Shown: in pieces, positions 14,780-29,812 of the stretch
Layout of the letters: the number at the start of each line of letters is the position of its first letter
Position numbering within the stretch: the first letter of the stretch is position 1
From: the human T2T-CHM13v2.0 reference genome, Homo sapiens
Assembly: GCF_009914755.1 (NCBI RefSeq)
Contig: NC_060925.1
Length of the DNA: 64,000 nucleotides
Direction: 5' to 3' (one strand)
Position numbers and translations under genes: made by a program
The notes under the pieces: model-generated
What the model was told of the DNA's origin: nothing
The model's database searches: none
What the model saw: the letters and a program-made list of their open reading frames with translations, nothing else

Positions 14780-16110
14780 AGTAGTCAGTATGAATCCTGA
14801 GTTTCCTGCTTACTAACTGTGTGATCTTGGGCAAGTCACTTTACTCTCTGAGCCTGGGTTTTCTTCTTGGGGCTAAGTATACCCTGTTGATGGAGTAGTT
14901 GTGAGGATTAAATGAGACACCTTATGGGAAAGTGCCGACCATGTACAAGGTTCTTATAAGGATTGTTTTTCCTTCCCTTCTGAGCCCCCCTTCCAAGCTC
15001 TGCTGGACTGGAGGCACTGGAGTAGAGTGGAATGGAAGAAACACACAAACTTTGGATTCAGACCCTGGCTCCACAGCTACCAGCTGCATGACTTTCCACA
15101 AGTCACTTAACTGCATGACCAGGGGCAGGTTATGTATCCTCTCCAACTTTGTTTTCTTAATGGTAAAAAGGGACTACCCAACTCATAACATTGTTGTGAG
15201 GATTAGAAATGATGTAAGGCACCTACTAAGGTATTGGGCTTATGGTAGGTAAGCCCTGGAATTAGACTAATTTCAAATCCTATTTCCCTCCTTATGAACC
15301 ATGCAATCTTGCACAAGTTTTTGGATCTCTCTGAGCCTCAGTTTCTTCATCTATAAGATGGGGATAATAAAAGCACCTCTTTTTTAGGGTTGTTGATAAT
15401 GAAGTGAAGTCATGGGCACACAATGTGCCAGGCATAGAGTTGGCCCTCAAAAGTTTGTTGTTATTGATCATTACTATTATAAGTCTTATGATGTTTCTTG
15501 TGTATCTTTCCCCAATCAAGCATCCAACCCTTCTACTCAGACCCCCAGAGTCTTTGCTGGAGAAAAGCAAGTAGGGAATGGGACCAGGGGAGACAGCTAA
15601 TTCAGAGGGGATGGGTTCATGGCATAAGAATGGCTCAGCCTGCTTGGCAAATGCCTTTGCACATGCATCCAGACATGAGGTGCAGTTGAAAACTCAGCCT
15701 GTAACTCTTTGGCCTTCCTCTATCAGGTTGCCCAAACAAGAGGATGGCCTGCCCTCCAGCTTTCTCACCCTCATCCTGGGCTGCCTGATGCCATGTTGAG
15801 ACTGACTGGCTTTCAGTTAGATAAAAACAGAGGAAAAGGGGGAGTGTACAGTATGTCTAGACTTGACACTGTATGCCCCAATCATAATTTGCTGAACACT
15901 TACTATGTGCTAGGCATTGTGGAGACTTAACATAATTAGCTCACATCAATTTTGGCAATATTTGAAATTAGCCAAATTGAAATAGTAACATTAGTAATAC
16001 TGGAAGTTAAAGCTCAGGGAGGTTGAGGAACTTGGCCAGCATCACATAGACAGTAATTGGCAGAGTCCACATTTGAAATCAGGTCTGATTGTTCCCAAAG
16101 CTCAAGCTTG
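14780..16110. mobile_element. Cluster of MIR fragments
   Basis: Repeated MIR core motifs (tgtgatcttgggcaagtcact, ctctgagcctcagtttcttcatctataagatgggg, gttgtgaggattaaatgag). Confidence 0.7.
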
Positions 16111-16926
16111 GGCAGCCGTGCCACGTGGCCTCCCGGAAGGATGGCTCTTATGTTGAACATCAACACAAGTGTTTAGGGAGAGTGTGGGAAGACAGGAGTG
16201 AGGAATGAGCCTGGAACAGATGTGAGAACAGCATTGTCTGCCATTGCCGGTCACTTCCCTAGGAGGCTTGGGGACTGAGAATTTCTGAGGCTCCTTTCCC
16301 TCTGATATTCTGTGAGCCAGACCCTAACTGCCAGGGTCCTGGAGAAGAGAGACAAAAATTCCTCTTCCCAAGGCCCCAGAAGCTGGCCTCTTTCCCTCCT
16401 CCCCATCCTAGTTCCTTAGGGCTCAGATCACCTTTTCCTACCCTGAGCTGCAGAAAGTCTCTTAGCTAATGGTTTAGTGTGCCCCAGAGGGTGCCTAGAA
16501 AAAGATGGTGGACTTTCAGATGGGGGCCAGGAAGGAGGGGGCTTTTCCTTACATCATAATGCCCAGGTGCTTTTGAGCCCTTAGTCTGTCAGCCTCTCAG
16601 GTGAAATCTGTGGTCTTAAGTGTAAATGGACTGGCCAAAGGGTTGTGGGGAGCAGCAGCTGGACTGCTACAGCCTCTGTTGGCCTCTTCAGAGCACACAT
16701 ACTCTTCTTGGGACTTCTGCAGCCAGGAAATGTGGGAGCTCAGAGCAGTGAAGGAGATTAGCCATGGGGTGGGGGAACACACAGCCCTGGGTGCCCCTCA
16801 GAGCTGGACCCCCCAGGATGTTCATTGGTTTCTTCATGGATTCCACAGTTTTTGAGCATTTATTTTAGGTGAGCCCTGTGTAGGCAAAATCAGATAGAAT
16901 CATGCCCTCGAGTTGCTTAGATATCA

Positions 16927-17312
<386 letters not shown>

Positions 17313-19218
17313 AAAGCATGGAATGTTATCCAAACCTCTTCTTGGCATTTATAAGTATCTGAAGGGATCAGAAAGACAGCAGGTAGGGGAAGGGGATGCT
17401 TCCATAGCACTTACTGTATACCAGTCACTGTTCTAAAAGCTTTGCATACATTAACTCTCATAATCCTCACAACCACCCCATCATTCTACAGATGAAGGAA
17501 CAGGCATAGAGAGGCTAAGTGACTTTCCTCAGGGCCTAAAGCTGGTAAGTGGATTTGACCAAGGCTGTGTGGCTCAGAGTCTGTGCTCTTATCTAGGTTA
17601 TTGTGCGGGGATCCTGCCTTGCCCTCAGGTCTTATCACCTGATTGTTAAAACACAATGATAAAAAAACAAGCACTAATATTTTCACCTGTATTATGCTCA
17701 GTTGTTAAAAATCAGTATATCTGCAACATGTTAATATGTGTCATTGTTAGATTATAAGCTACAAAGAATCTCATTCAGCTATACTCATTGAGTGTCTGCC
17801 AACAGCCAGGCACTGCTGTAGCTGCTTAGCATATTCTAGGTCAATTTACTTCTTGTAACAGCCTTGGGAAATAGGTGGCAATTTCCCCCTGGGTTCCAAA
17901 GGAAGAAAATGAGAGACAGACAGCAAAGATATTTGCTACACCAGTAACTCCTGGAACTAAGCTTTGGACATAGTTCTTTTAACACCAGCTTTAACTTTTA
18001 CTGCTTTTAATTTTAAAGATGAATATTAATATGGTTAATCTTCATTATATAGAACCACATACAGTGTAGCCTATACCTAGTATCTTTTTCATTTGTTTTT
18101 GCATGTGAAGTAAGCTTTATTTAATTTTTTTTTTTTTAGCACTAGTGTCTTAACTCCTAATATTAAAGAGCATGGAATGTGGGCTTTGAATTTGGCTCTG
18201 AGTTCAAGTTTTCTGGTTATCAGTATAAGGATACAAACTTGGGCAAATCTCCTCAAATCACAGTCTCCTCATCTATAAAATGGGGATTATAATAACCAAC
18301 TCCATGAGGTTATTGTAAGGATTACATTAAATTTCATACAGAAAGAGCCAAGAATTGTGTATGATACCCTATATACCCTACAGACTCAGCAAACAGTAGC
18401 TATTCTTTATAGACAGCTACATAGCATGGGTCCAATAAATATGTCATGGAGTGATGGGTCTTATGCAGTCCTCTAATACACATCTTCATTTCATCCCATC
18501 AGTACCGTTGGGAGATAGATATTCTCATTTCAGAGACAGATATCCCACATCTAGTAGATGATGGAGCAGAATCTCAAATGCATATCTCCTGACTTGCCAT
18601 TCCAGTGACCTCTCTGCCTTCCCTCATCTGTTCAATGGGGACAATGGCAATGCTAGTCTTACCATCCATTGTGAGCCTGGGAGATTTGCGTGATGGGACA
18701 GTTGCCCAGAAGGATCACAAAACATTAATGGTGACCTCTCTGATGGTGAAGACAGGTGAGTGCCTCCAAGACACATGTACCAAGGTACTGTTCTAGAAAT
18801 ATCAATCCTATGAGGTATTAAAAAAAAAAAAGTTCCTTAGCCAAATTTGTTGGCTATGGCCACTGGCTATGGCCAGTCCTATCTCAGAAAGCCCCTATTT
18901 GGCGAATAAGTCCTGACTTAGAAAATCCCTAGGTCTGCAGCTTAGTTAGAAATTCAGTATCTGGAATCTGGCTGTTGCACCCAGGTGTACGTGGTTTGAG
19001 TGAAGGTTTATTGGTTAAGATATTGATGATGGCCCACTACCTCCTTGGGTTAAGAGGAGATAGACACCTGAGAGAGAAGAGACTCCTGTTCCCCTCACCC
19101 TATGGGACCCCCATTTAGCATTAGCTGTGTGAGCCCTGTGATTCAGAGTGTATCTGTGTGAGGTTGGATTTATTAGTTGATCTTACCCTAGTCTTTGTCT
19201 AACCAGTTGCCTTCCATC

Positions 19219-19254
19219 CTACACTTGGTCTTAGCCAAAAGGCTGAGAAGCAAT
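19219..19254 (-). pseudogene. U2 snRNA 5' fragment (about nt 1-36), 3'-truncated pseudogene
   Basis: Reverse complement ATTGCTTCTCAGCCTTTTGGCTAAGACCAAGTGTAG versus U2 ATCGCTTCTCGGCCTTTTGGCTAAGATCAAGTGTAG. Flanking direct repeat tgccttc(ca/ta)(t/a)cct at 19208-19220 and 19254-19266. Confidence 0.85.
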
Positions 19255-21080
19255 GCCTTCTAACCTTTATCTGAGATAAGTAGATGTTCTCCACCATCCT
19301 GAGCACTATCTTAGGGTTCTGTATCTGCTTGCCCTAAGCCATGTTGATCTTGAGTTCCCACACCTTTCTTCTTGGAATATCACAACGTTCATTAACATAT
19401 TAGGGCTCTAAGAAATGTGCTTTAGTTAATCACGGGTCTCTTTGTCCTACAACACCTATTAATAGCCTACAGCCCATAGAACACACTTTGGGAAACACTG
19501 TCCTAACGAAAGAGAACCCACGTTCCATTGCCTAACAGAAGGGAATCCAAATTTCACACACACCTTAATGAGCCTCCACTTCTGAGTAATCAATAAGAAG
19601 GCATTAAAGCTTACCATGTGCAGGGGTCTGTGGGATGGAGAATGTGGGAGGCTACAAAGCTGTGCTGAGCCCCCAAGCCTGCTCTCGAGGAATCCACAAC
19701 ATGATTGAGAGAGATAAAACACCCACATAATCAAGGCTGAAGGAGGCCGAGTGTGGTTTAGTGCCAAGGATGGTGTAGGGAAGGCATCAACGTTGCTCTA
19801 GGAGAATTCACCCAGGGAGCAGACCAAGGGACAGAGAAGGAGTTGGGAGGCAAACTGATGATAGACCTGGCACCATGGGGGTTCTTTCAAAGGACAAGTT
19901 GGTCCCAACTTGGAACGAAAGAAAGCAATCCCAAGTGAGGCTGAGAACCCAGCCAGGTACGCCATCAGGTGTGGAGGAGGAGGCTTGGCAGGGCTCTGGC
20001 TGAGCAAGCAGCAGAGCAGTGGAGAAGCAGCCACAACCAAAGCCCTGCAGAGCAGGAGCATCCATGAATCAGATGTGGAGGGGGATGGAGGAGGCTGTGG
20101 GAAGTGGGTCCCAAGAGGGCAGTCCAGAGATGGGGGAGAACATGCTGGCCCCAGCTTTGGAGTCTCTGACTCTAGGTTCATGAAGGGCAGAGTGGGTAAG
20201 GAGAAAGGGCATGCACCAGTTGTCCATGAGACTTCTTTGCATGGCTCTGTACACCAGAAAACAAAAAATAAAACAGCGAGGACAACGAAACTGAAGTCTG
20301 AGCTCAGCTTCATCCAATAACTATGTATGGAGCACCTACTCTGTGAAAGAGACTGCACCAGCCCCATCTGGGTCTCTGCCCTTGAGAGTAGAGGGCTAGG
20401 GGTAGAGGCCACATGTGGGAAACAACAGCTTAATACCAATTTGTAAAAAGTGCTTGGTAAACTCTACCAACTGTAGGTCCTGCATTCATTCTCTCATCTG
20501 GCTTTGGGCAAGAGAAAGCTTCCTGGGCTGGTGACCAGGGTGGACTTCATTCCATTTAGCCAAACTGATATGAATGAGCCCAACATGTGCTGGTTCCTAG
20601 GAGTGGGTTCAGGGACAGATAAGGAAATTAAAATTGTAAGGCCTCACTTAGGTGCTGTGACAAAACCAAAAAGATCCTAGAAGCGTTTGATAGGCCCTTT
20701 TTGGTTCTGTCAAAGCACCTATGACTGGCGTTAGGGAGACAAGGGCTATGCCACAGAGGTAGTATGCCCGAGCAGATCAGAAAGGCAATGTGGAGTAAGG
20801 GCGCTGCCTGGGAAGAAAAGAAATTGGCAGACTTAAGAGGTAGCTCACAGGGAACTGTGAATAATCTTGGCCAAGCCCAGAGGATTAGGCCTTCCATAGG
20901 ACCATCACAGCTCAGTGTGGAGTAGAGGAGAAAAGCTGAGTATCCCAGCCTGGTTAGAGTGTGGGCTGGAGAAGAGGAACAAGCATGACAGATCTTCCAA
21001 GGCATGCTAAGGAGTCTGGCCTCTACTGGGGAGCCATTGAACATCCATTGGTGGATGTTGCAAGGGGCAGGATACCATTA

Positions 21081-21554
<474 letters not shown>

Positions 21555-22725
21555 TCAAGACTGGGAGAAAACTCTGGCCTTAAGGAAATGTTGACTCTGG
21601 GGATGGAAGTAAGAAGCAGGCTAGACCCCACTTGGCCCCTGGTCCATGGCCCCTGTGGCCACACTGTGCTCCATCTCTTTCCTATCAACTCCCTTTCACC
21701 ACTTTCAAATACTGTTTTGGGACCAGCCAACCTTGTATCCTGTAGAGAGGATAAAAATCAGCCGTGCCCCAAAGGGGAGGGAGGATAACAGAGGAGATAA
21801 AGAACTATGAATCAACAGAGGAGGGGAAGGATTCAGTGTAGGTTCTGCCCCTCTAGCTTGGTGCCTGGGCCAAGAGGTGGGCAGGGGTAAGTCTCAAGGG
21901 TAGAGCAAGCTCCAGGGACTCAGATGTTGGCTTTGAAGCACTGGCAAGGCAGCCCTGTGCCTAAAGTTCTCTCAGGGACCAGAAATGGACAGTCACGTCT
22001 GTTGATAATGTTCTCCTTCAATATTCTGAAGTGACAAGAGGATGTGAGATGATGACAATAGGCTTCGAAGCAGAGCTGATTCAGCTGATGTGGGAACCAC
22101 ATGTTAACATGTCAGAGACGACATGTTAGATTCAAAATGAAGCAGGGTCTCCAGGACACTGGATATTAAAGCATTTATAGTGTAGGTAGTCTGGGTACGG
22201 AGCAAGTGAGTGGCATTAGACAGTCTGGGCATGTAGTAGGTGAGTGGCAGATGAAATTACATTTCTCATCCTTGTGTTATGACACTTTTCCCCAAGCATC
22301 TTGCAGAATGCTACCACATCAGGCCTCAGTGCCTCAGGTCCTCCTACTGATAATGGGGTGGTGACCAAAGCCCTATGACTGGAAACCAAGGGCAGAGAAC
22401 ACAAGGCTCAAGCCCCTTTTGAAGCTGCAGAACTAGGACCATGAAGATTCAGTAATGCTTCCTGGCTGCCTAGCACTCTGCCCAATCTCTCTTCCCTACA
22501 CTGTGCTGCTCAGTCTCAGAGACCCACAGGAATAAATGAGAATATCAGAGTCCAAAATCTGCCCAAGCCCAAGGGTAGAACTACATTGCCATCCACCAGG
22601 GTTCATCCACAGGGCAAAGCTGGGATGAAGCTGAGGGCCCAGGAGTGGTAACAGGCAGAGAGAATGAGGACATTCGGCTGAAATGACTATCAGCTACTTT
22701 ACTTCTCCTGGTCTGAAACTATGCC

Positions 22726-22930
22726 TGTGCTGTCTAGTACAGTAGCCACTAGCCACATGTGTCTGATTGGATTTAAGTTAGTTAAAATTGAATGCAATTA
22801 CAAATTCAGTTCCTAAGTCACACTAGCCACACTTCAAGTGCTCAGTCGCCACATGTGGCTAGTGGTTACCTTATTGGATAGCACAGGTGGAGAACATTTC
22901 CATCACTGCAGAAGGTTCTGCTGGATAGGT
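22726..22930. mobile_element. MER3-like hAT MITE (palindromic)
   Basis: ctgtgctgtctagtacagtagccactagccacatgtg ... cacatgtggctagtggttaccttattggatagcacag. Confidence 0.8.
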
Positions 22931-23611
22931 CTGTGGCACTCCAAAGTAAGATCAACACTAAAATCAAGACTCACCTCTTACACCATGTACAAAATAGGCT
23001 TTTCTGTCTCCATTTCCCTTTTCTCATGTATAGCCCTTCCTCCTTTCTTTCTCTGCGCTCCTCCTCCTCACATGCCTGGGGTTCCCTGCTCCATTGTGGC
23101 CAGACCTTTGCAGGCAGTGATATTCCTTGCCTGCTGACCTCTCGGTTAGCTCCTCCTCCTAGACCTTGGCTTCCTGGCCCCCTTCCACAAAAGTGGAGCA
23201 CAGGAGAATTGCACAGGGAGCATTGCAGTGTGGAGTGTAAGTTCTGGGCCTCTGCCTTTTTTCTCCCCTGGTGACTTGGGCTGGACCTAAGGTTGCCTGA
23301 ACCTGCCTCATCTGAGCCCAGAGCTGGCCCTAGGTTACCAGGCCTCTCTTCAGAGGGTCCTCTAGACCTTGAGAACACCCTTCCCCTTGGCCAAGAGCTT
23401 CCCAGTTCTTTGAGCCTCCAAGTCAAATACTCCTAGCATGTCTTCCCTGCAGGACACCATGCTCCTAAGGTGAGGAGATGGGTGCCTACTAATGCTACCC
23501 CATGGTAGCATTGGGATGTTGTCCAAGCTCCCCGTGTCTTTTCCATCTGTTCCGTTCTCAGGTGCTTCTTCCCAATCCTCTATCGCAAAATGTCCTCTGT
23601 GCTTTTAGGCA

Positions 23612-23950
23612 TGTGACAGAGATTGCTGATTGATCACCAAATCCATCTCACCTTCTCTGGCATATGGCTAGGCTTCATTTCCCAGGCTGCCTTGCAGGTT
23701 AGCTGTGTTCTTGGGAATGAGTTTTGGTCAGTGGAGTGTGAGGTGATGTGTGCCACTTTCAGACCTGACTGTAAAAACATCCCAGTGTGGTCTCAATGTT
23801 CTTTCTTTCTGCATCCACTGGACACCAAATCCCAGGGCAGCCTTGGTTGGAGACGGCAAAACCATGGCCACCCAGGTCCCTGAATAACTGAGTAGAGCAC
23901 AAGCCCATGCTACCAACCCGTACCTGCCCTGGAGTGAAAGGAGCCAGGAG
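23612..23950 (+). mobile_element. Old MaLR LTR (MLT1J/K-like)
   Basis: catttcccaggctgccttgcaggttag...gagttttggtcagtggagtgtgagg...tgtgccactttcagacctg. Confidence 0.55.
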
Positions 23951-26900
23951 ACAAGGCGCACTCACATGTATACATATATGTGCACAGGCTGTCATCACAT
24001 CTGGTTGGGGGTGCTCCTCTGGGCTCCTGGCCTGGTACTATTTCTAGTTAACAGGCAGGGCATGTCTGCCTCAAGGATCTGTGGATGAGGGGCCTTCTGC
24101 TTCCCCAGACACCTTCCTGTCCATGTCGCCTTTCAAGTTAGTCTGCAAATTGCTTTGGACAATCTTGCTCAGATCCTGAGGCCAGAAAGAACATTTCTTT
24201 CCCTGCAGGCCGATGACTTGACTCTTGCCACTTGGCAAGCTTCTTCCTCTCGCTGTGGAGAATGGGGCCAAGTGATGGTCAGAGGAGGGACCAAGGACTC
24301 CAGCTGAGACCAGATCTGATTCTAAGTGGTCAAAGGAGCCCCTGACCTTGGCCATCCCTGCATACCTCTTGCAGATAGAAGCCCCTGTGTCAGCAAATTT
24401 GGATTCAAGTTTCAGAGACTAGATTTGATGCACAGAAAGACCCTGCTTGATTTACCAAAGAGGCACAGGACAGAAGGCCTTCCTCGGACTGTCTCTGGCA
24501 ATTTCCCGCTGTCCCACCCTAGGGATGAAAGGGGCGGTAGTCTCCTCAGACTGTGTCCATGGGTCTGGGGGTCCTTCCGCTTCCACTACTCTGTGATGCC
24601 TGCTGGGTGGGGTCTTCGGTGAGGCACATGCTCCAGCGAGTCTAAACTGCGTTAGAAGTAGTTTCTTAAACTACCTTAGTCAAGTGCTCATCAAGCCACA
24701 AATGAACAGCTGCCTCCTGCCTTGAGCCCGATGCCTGGATTATTCATCCTTTTTGGCTTTCAGATCCTCTTTTTGGATCCAGGCAGATACTGCTCCTTCC
24801 ACAGCCACCTTAGTTTGTAATGTCATCTTCCCAGTCACCCCCTCCCCACTCCTGGCCCTTTTCTCTTTTTGGCTGGGCACATCTACCTCTTCTCCAGGCC
24901 CCTCCTTTCATCCTGGATAGAGTCTCTGGGGCATGGCTCCAGGCTTCTCTTGCTTCTAATCAGTTCCTTTCCCCCTTATCCCAGCAGCCTCACATTCATT
25001 TTGTTGGCTCCTCTCCATTTTACTGAGCTTTCCTTAAAATATCTCCTTCCTTTTTATCTATCTCTGTTCCATCCCCTTGGAAGTGTGGTCTTTAGTAGGC
25101 CCTTGTTTCTCATGCCTCCTGGGGCTCTTTCCTTCCTCATTACGACCATCCACCTTGTCCAGGCACCACCCTGCAGCTACTAGAATACATATCACTGATG
25201 GAGTGTGGAATATGTGCCAGGCACTATGTAAATGCTTTGCCTGCATTTTTTCACTTCATTTCCTCATAATAACCCCTTGACAGCAAATGCTATCACCCCC
25301 TTTTAGAGTGAGGAAACTGAGGGAGAACCACAGAGGTTGAGTAATTTGCCCAGAGCCACAGTCCGTGGGAGGAGGAATTCCAATCCAGCTCTCTCATGCT
25401 CCCTGTTCACCCTGCCTCACACACACTCCAAGTCAGCAGATATTTATGAAAAGTCTACTGCATACAAAGTGCTGTGGGTAATAGTTATGTGGGGAGGAAA
25501 CAGAAAGAAAATAAGATTCTGTCTATGCCCTCAAAGAGCATCGCCTAGGGTAGGAGACATGCATACGTATGTATAACACTACATGGAAAGCCTAAGGGTT
25601 AAACATAAGCACAGTTTCTGAGCGCTTAGGAGAGGGAGTGGCCTAGCATGAGAGATGGGAATCTCCCTACAGGAGGCTCTTGCTTCTTTGAATCAAAAAT
25701 CTAAACATGGAATGAGAGTGCATTTCAGGCAGGGATGCTCCAATCACGACAGGAGAGCAGGATTTGTTGCAGGGCATCTTAGATGTTCAGTACTTGAGCT
25801 CCGCATCAGATTCCTGATCACGTTGGCCTTGGACAAGGAATCTAACATCTTGAGGTATCAGTTTTTTAATCTGCAAATTGGAGGATGCATACTACCTGCG
25901 TCATAGGAGTGCTGGGAGGATTAATTGAGATAGCACATTTTGAGTAAAGAATTGAGCATAATAATGGGTATGTTTTAAGTGCTCAGTGATTATCATTCCC
26001 ATAACCTTTCTTCTTGCCACAAAGTTTCCCACTCCTATGCGGTGAAAAAGGGCATTTATTGAATATCTCCTTAGAATGAGGTGGCTTCACATGGGTTAAT
26101 TCATTCAATTCTCATAACAAAGCTGTAAGTTTTGTTTGGTGTAGTTGGTTGTCATCATTTTAACAAATGAGGGAACCCAGGCCTGGAGGGCTCAGCAATT
26201 TGCTCAAGGTCATCTGGTTAAGAGAGCCTTCATCAGGACTCCAGTGGCTCTGCCTGGCTCTGTAAGGCCATGTATTTTCCCTCTGCATGAGTCACCAAAA
26301 AGTCCTGGAGTGGAGTCACCAAGCGGAAGTGGAGGCATCAAGATCCAGGTGGACCTCAGAGTACATCAGGCCCCAAGATGTGGGCCTGTGGAAGGAGAGA
26401 GCCTAGAGGACTACTTTAAGTTAATGCTAGGCATTCTCCTGGTGACCCTGTGAATACTGAGCTATTTTCCTGCTCACAGTGGGGATAGGCAACCAGAGCA
26501 TCTGGTTTTCCCTGAAAATGTCTACATTTCCACCAAAATCTGGCCAGTCTGCATGTGATAAAGGTAGGAGGATGTTGTCTACCCTTGCTACAAGGTAATA
26601 GGAGGACACTGGGAGTTGGCATCTTGATGTAATAAACACAGGATTCGAAGATAGATAGACATGGGTTCAAATCTCAACCCCAAGCCTTGGAAGCTGGGTG
26701 ACCCTGCATGAGGCACTTCTGAGTGGCCCTTGCTTTTCTGTCTCTAAACACGGATGATCATAATCATACCAGTCTCCACTGACTCCAGACAGTGGTCATT
26801 AGATCCAATGAGTCAACACATGGGAGTACACTTTACAGAGTCAGTTATAACCAGGCATTAGCTGTCAAATGAATGAGTCCGGTATCTAGGAGAGTTCACT

Positions 26901-29629
26901 GCCTGAGGAAGGAAATCCAACCAATCCCCTGCCTGAGAGCCGAGAGCAGCCAGCTCTAAGGCACCTCCTGGAGGATCTTGCAGCCCTCTGGCACTGAGTT
27001 CTTTCTTCTCCAACTTCCTACCCCCACATGTTTATAGTCCACACCACATCTAGTTCTCACAGTTCAGAAAGTCCTCCAAGCCAGCCCATCTGAATCCTTT
27101 AATGACACCCCCACAGCTGTTACCCAGCGCCACACACAGAGCAGACGCTGAATCACTGCTTATTGACTGAATCAGCAATGGGGTACCTGCTCCTGCCCTG
27201 CTTGCTTTCCTTTGCAGAGCCTCCTTCTATCAATACTTTCCCCCTCACATGGAATCCATCCTCACACAGGCCTTTCAGGAGGAAACTTCCCCTGGGCCCC
27301 TGACCAGTGTTTCTTTTCAGAGCTTCATCATTTCCCAGGTGGCTGAGGTTGTAGATTTCAAAGCAAGGCCACAGAACGTAAGCTCCGGGCTGGTTTTCAC
27401 TGCTTCTGCCAGCCCTGCTGCTTACCCTCACACGTCCCTGAAAAGCTTTGGCTGGAACCAGATGCCAATAGGCTAAGGTCCCTGTTGCCTGGCCCTCCAC
27501 AGCATCCAAACCAGCAAACCAGGGGCTTCCCTGGGGCCGAGTGACCTTCTCTGGGAAGTAGGCCAGAGCTCAGCAAAGTGCTGCCTCTTCAGCCACTGTG
27601 ACTGTGTGACGCCTGGGCTGAATCCCAAAGAACGAGGGCCCAGCTCTGCGGCTGAGAATCTCAGTAGGGGCAGGGCTACAGGGACCTCCATGGTCAGCAA
27701 GCTCAACCTTGTCATTGTCCAGAGGAGGATACTAAGGCCCAAAGAGGCTTGGCAATGTGGATAAGGTAGCAATCTGATAGCAGAGATGTGCTAGGCCATG
27801 GTCCTCTCTCCCAGCCCAGGGCTATTTACACCACCCAACAGCTCCTAGTGCCTGGACAAGAAGACTCCAAAGCCCAGCTTCCGATTCTTTCCTTTTGAGT
27901 TGCTCTTTGGCTTTCCCAGGGAAGAAGATGGCTGTTTAATTTATTCATCCTTCCAATTTCAGATTAAGAGGGACTGGAAAGAACAGGAGCTATAAGGTAA
28001 ATACTATTAGTGTCCCTATTTTATAGATGGGGACACTGAGACTTGTAGATATCAAGTATCTTGCCTAAGGTCCCACAGCCAGTACATGGTGGTGCTGGAA
28101 TTGCAATGCAGGTGACTGGCTCTATCACATTGTGCTGCCAGCACTACACACCTGGTGAATTACCCCTCAACCTGAGAAGCACTTGCTGCTCCTTGGAGCC
28201 CTAAAGGATAGGCTGGAATGAGGAAAACTCAGTCTGTCTCCCATCTGGGGTTGGGTAACACAAGCAGTGGCTAGAGTTTAGTAGAGAGGATGTATCCAAA
28301 GAGAAATCCCCAAGGAGGCAGAGAGACTCCAAGATTTGAGCAGCTCACCATAGGGATCGAGCCACTTTCTCCAGATGGTCACAGATGAGGATTCTAGCAG
28401 CAATTGCAAATGAGAGGAACTTTACCTCTCCTGGTTCCACAGTTCTCTGAGCCTCAGTTCTATTTATTTTTTAATCAGTAAAACTGGGAACTCAAATTAC
28501 TTGTCCAAGATTCCTTCCTCATCAATAGCAAACAAGTATTGAGCACGGTGCTGAGAGCCTTTACATAGCAGCATCAGCACCCACCATCCCTCCTGGAGAG
28601 GAATGGGCAACAAAGTCCTTGCTTCAATGTCTTAGATTAGTTGAGAAAACACATTTTGAAGAGTGCATAAACTGGTCCTTGCTTGCAGGTTCAAGTGGCC
28701 CTTCTAACCGTCAGAGTCCATAAATGGAATGGGAATTTGGGGAATGGCTCCTTCCCATTCCATCCTCCAGTTTCCTCCCATTCCAGGCCTATTTCACCTC
28801 CCTGATTTCTTAACCCTCAGACTTCAAGAGGCCACGCGAGCCTTCATACACTGCGCATCTTTCTGCAGCAGGACTCTATGGGGGCCAGAGAAGCCTGGGG
28901 AGAGGTGGCTCCACGTGCTTTACCCAGAACAGCATTCCTTCAGGTTGAGTTCACCCTGCCCAGACTGACAGCATGGTGGGCATCCACTCTTCGCTTCCAT
29001 TCTCAAAAAAACATCTGCTTCAACTGTTATCCCAAGCACACAGTCCCCCGACCAGGATGAGAGAGAGCTGGGAAGGAGAAAGAATCGCAATCTGCACACT
29101 TGCTTCATTATTCCACTTAATACTCACAGTAGCACCACCAGTTTATAGAAAAGGAAATCAAGTCTGAAAATGACTTACCCAAGGTCCCATGACATATAGA
29201 TGGAAAACCAGGACACAAAGGCAAATCTGACTCCAAACCTGCCTCCTAACCACTCAGGTATCAGATTTGGCATTCACCCATTCATATCCAGAGAGTTAGC
29301 CTTTTATGCACTTCCAAATGGGGGTTTCAGCCCAGCCTAAGGAGAGCCTCAAACTCCTTTAGTGAAGTCCAGGCATTCTCTGAAGCAAACGGCCCCACCC
29401 ATCCACCGTGGCAGGCCTGGCCTCCCATGGCTCCTCTGTGACATGTAGACTGGGCTGTCCCTGTTACTTGAAACACTTTGCTGGGAAGAGATCCCTTCAG
29501 CCTTCTCCCTGAGCCATCGCATGTTATCAGCCTCATCCTTCCTTCCTTCCCCATGCAGGAGGGAGCGACTTTGCCAGTCCAGAGGTCTGAGGTCTCAGCC
29601 TTGCCAGGTGACATCTAGGGCCTCATAGC

Positions 29630-29674
29630 CCTTGCTGGAGAGGTCCTTGCTGGAGAGGCCCTTGCCGGAGAGGC
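29630..29674 (+). repeat. 15-bp tandem repeat x3 (ccttgctggagaggy)
   Basis: Directly visible. Confidence 0.9.
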
Positions 29675-29796
29675 CCAACATGCTCACAACCCTCGGAATG
29701 TTTGCAGCTTGGCAGGACTGAGTGACCCAGTTTCCCCGGCAGGGAAGCTCACTTGGCTAGTGGGCTGTGCAGGGTTTGGCATCTGCACGTCTCTCC

Positions 29797-29812
29797 TGCC
29801 CTCTGCTGGTCA
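29797..29812 (-). promoter_or_regulatory. Candidate CTCF site
   Basis: Minus strand TGACCAGCAGAGGGCA matches the CTCF core CCASYAGRKGGC. Confidence 0.55.

Noticed and set aside
19798-20439. 213-aa minus-strand ORF and overlapping 136-aa plus-strand ORF
   Set aside because: Low-complexity Leu/Pro/Ser/Cys composition, alternative start codons, no homology recognised and no exon structure.
22098-22130. Three ACATGT cores resembling a p53/p63 element
   Set aside because: Core spacing is 8 and 12 rather than 10, and the flanks fit RRRCWWGYYY poorly.
22726-22886. Long palindrome suggesting a miRNA-like hairpin
   Set aside because: Explained by the intrinsic palindromy of a MER3-type MITE.
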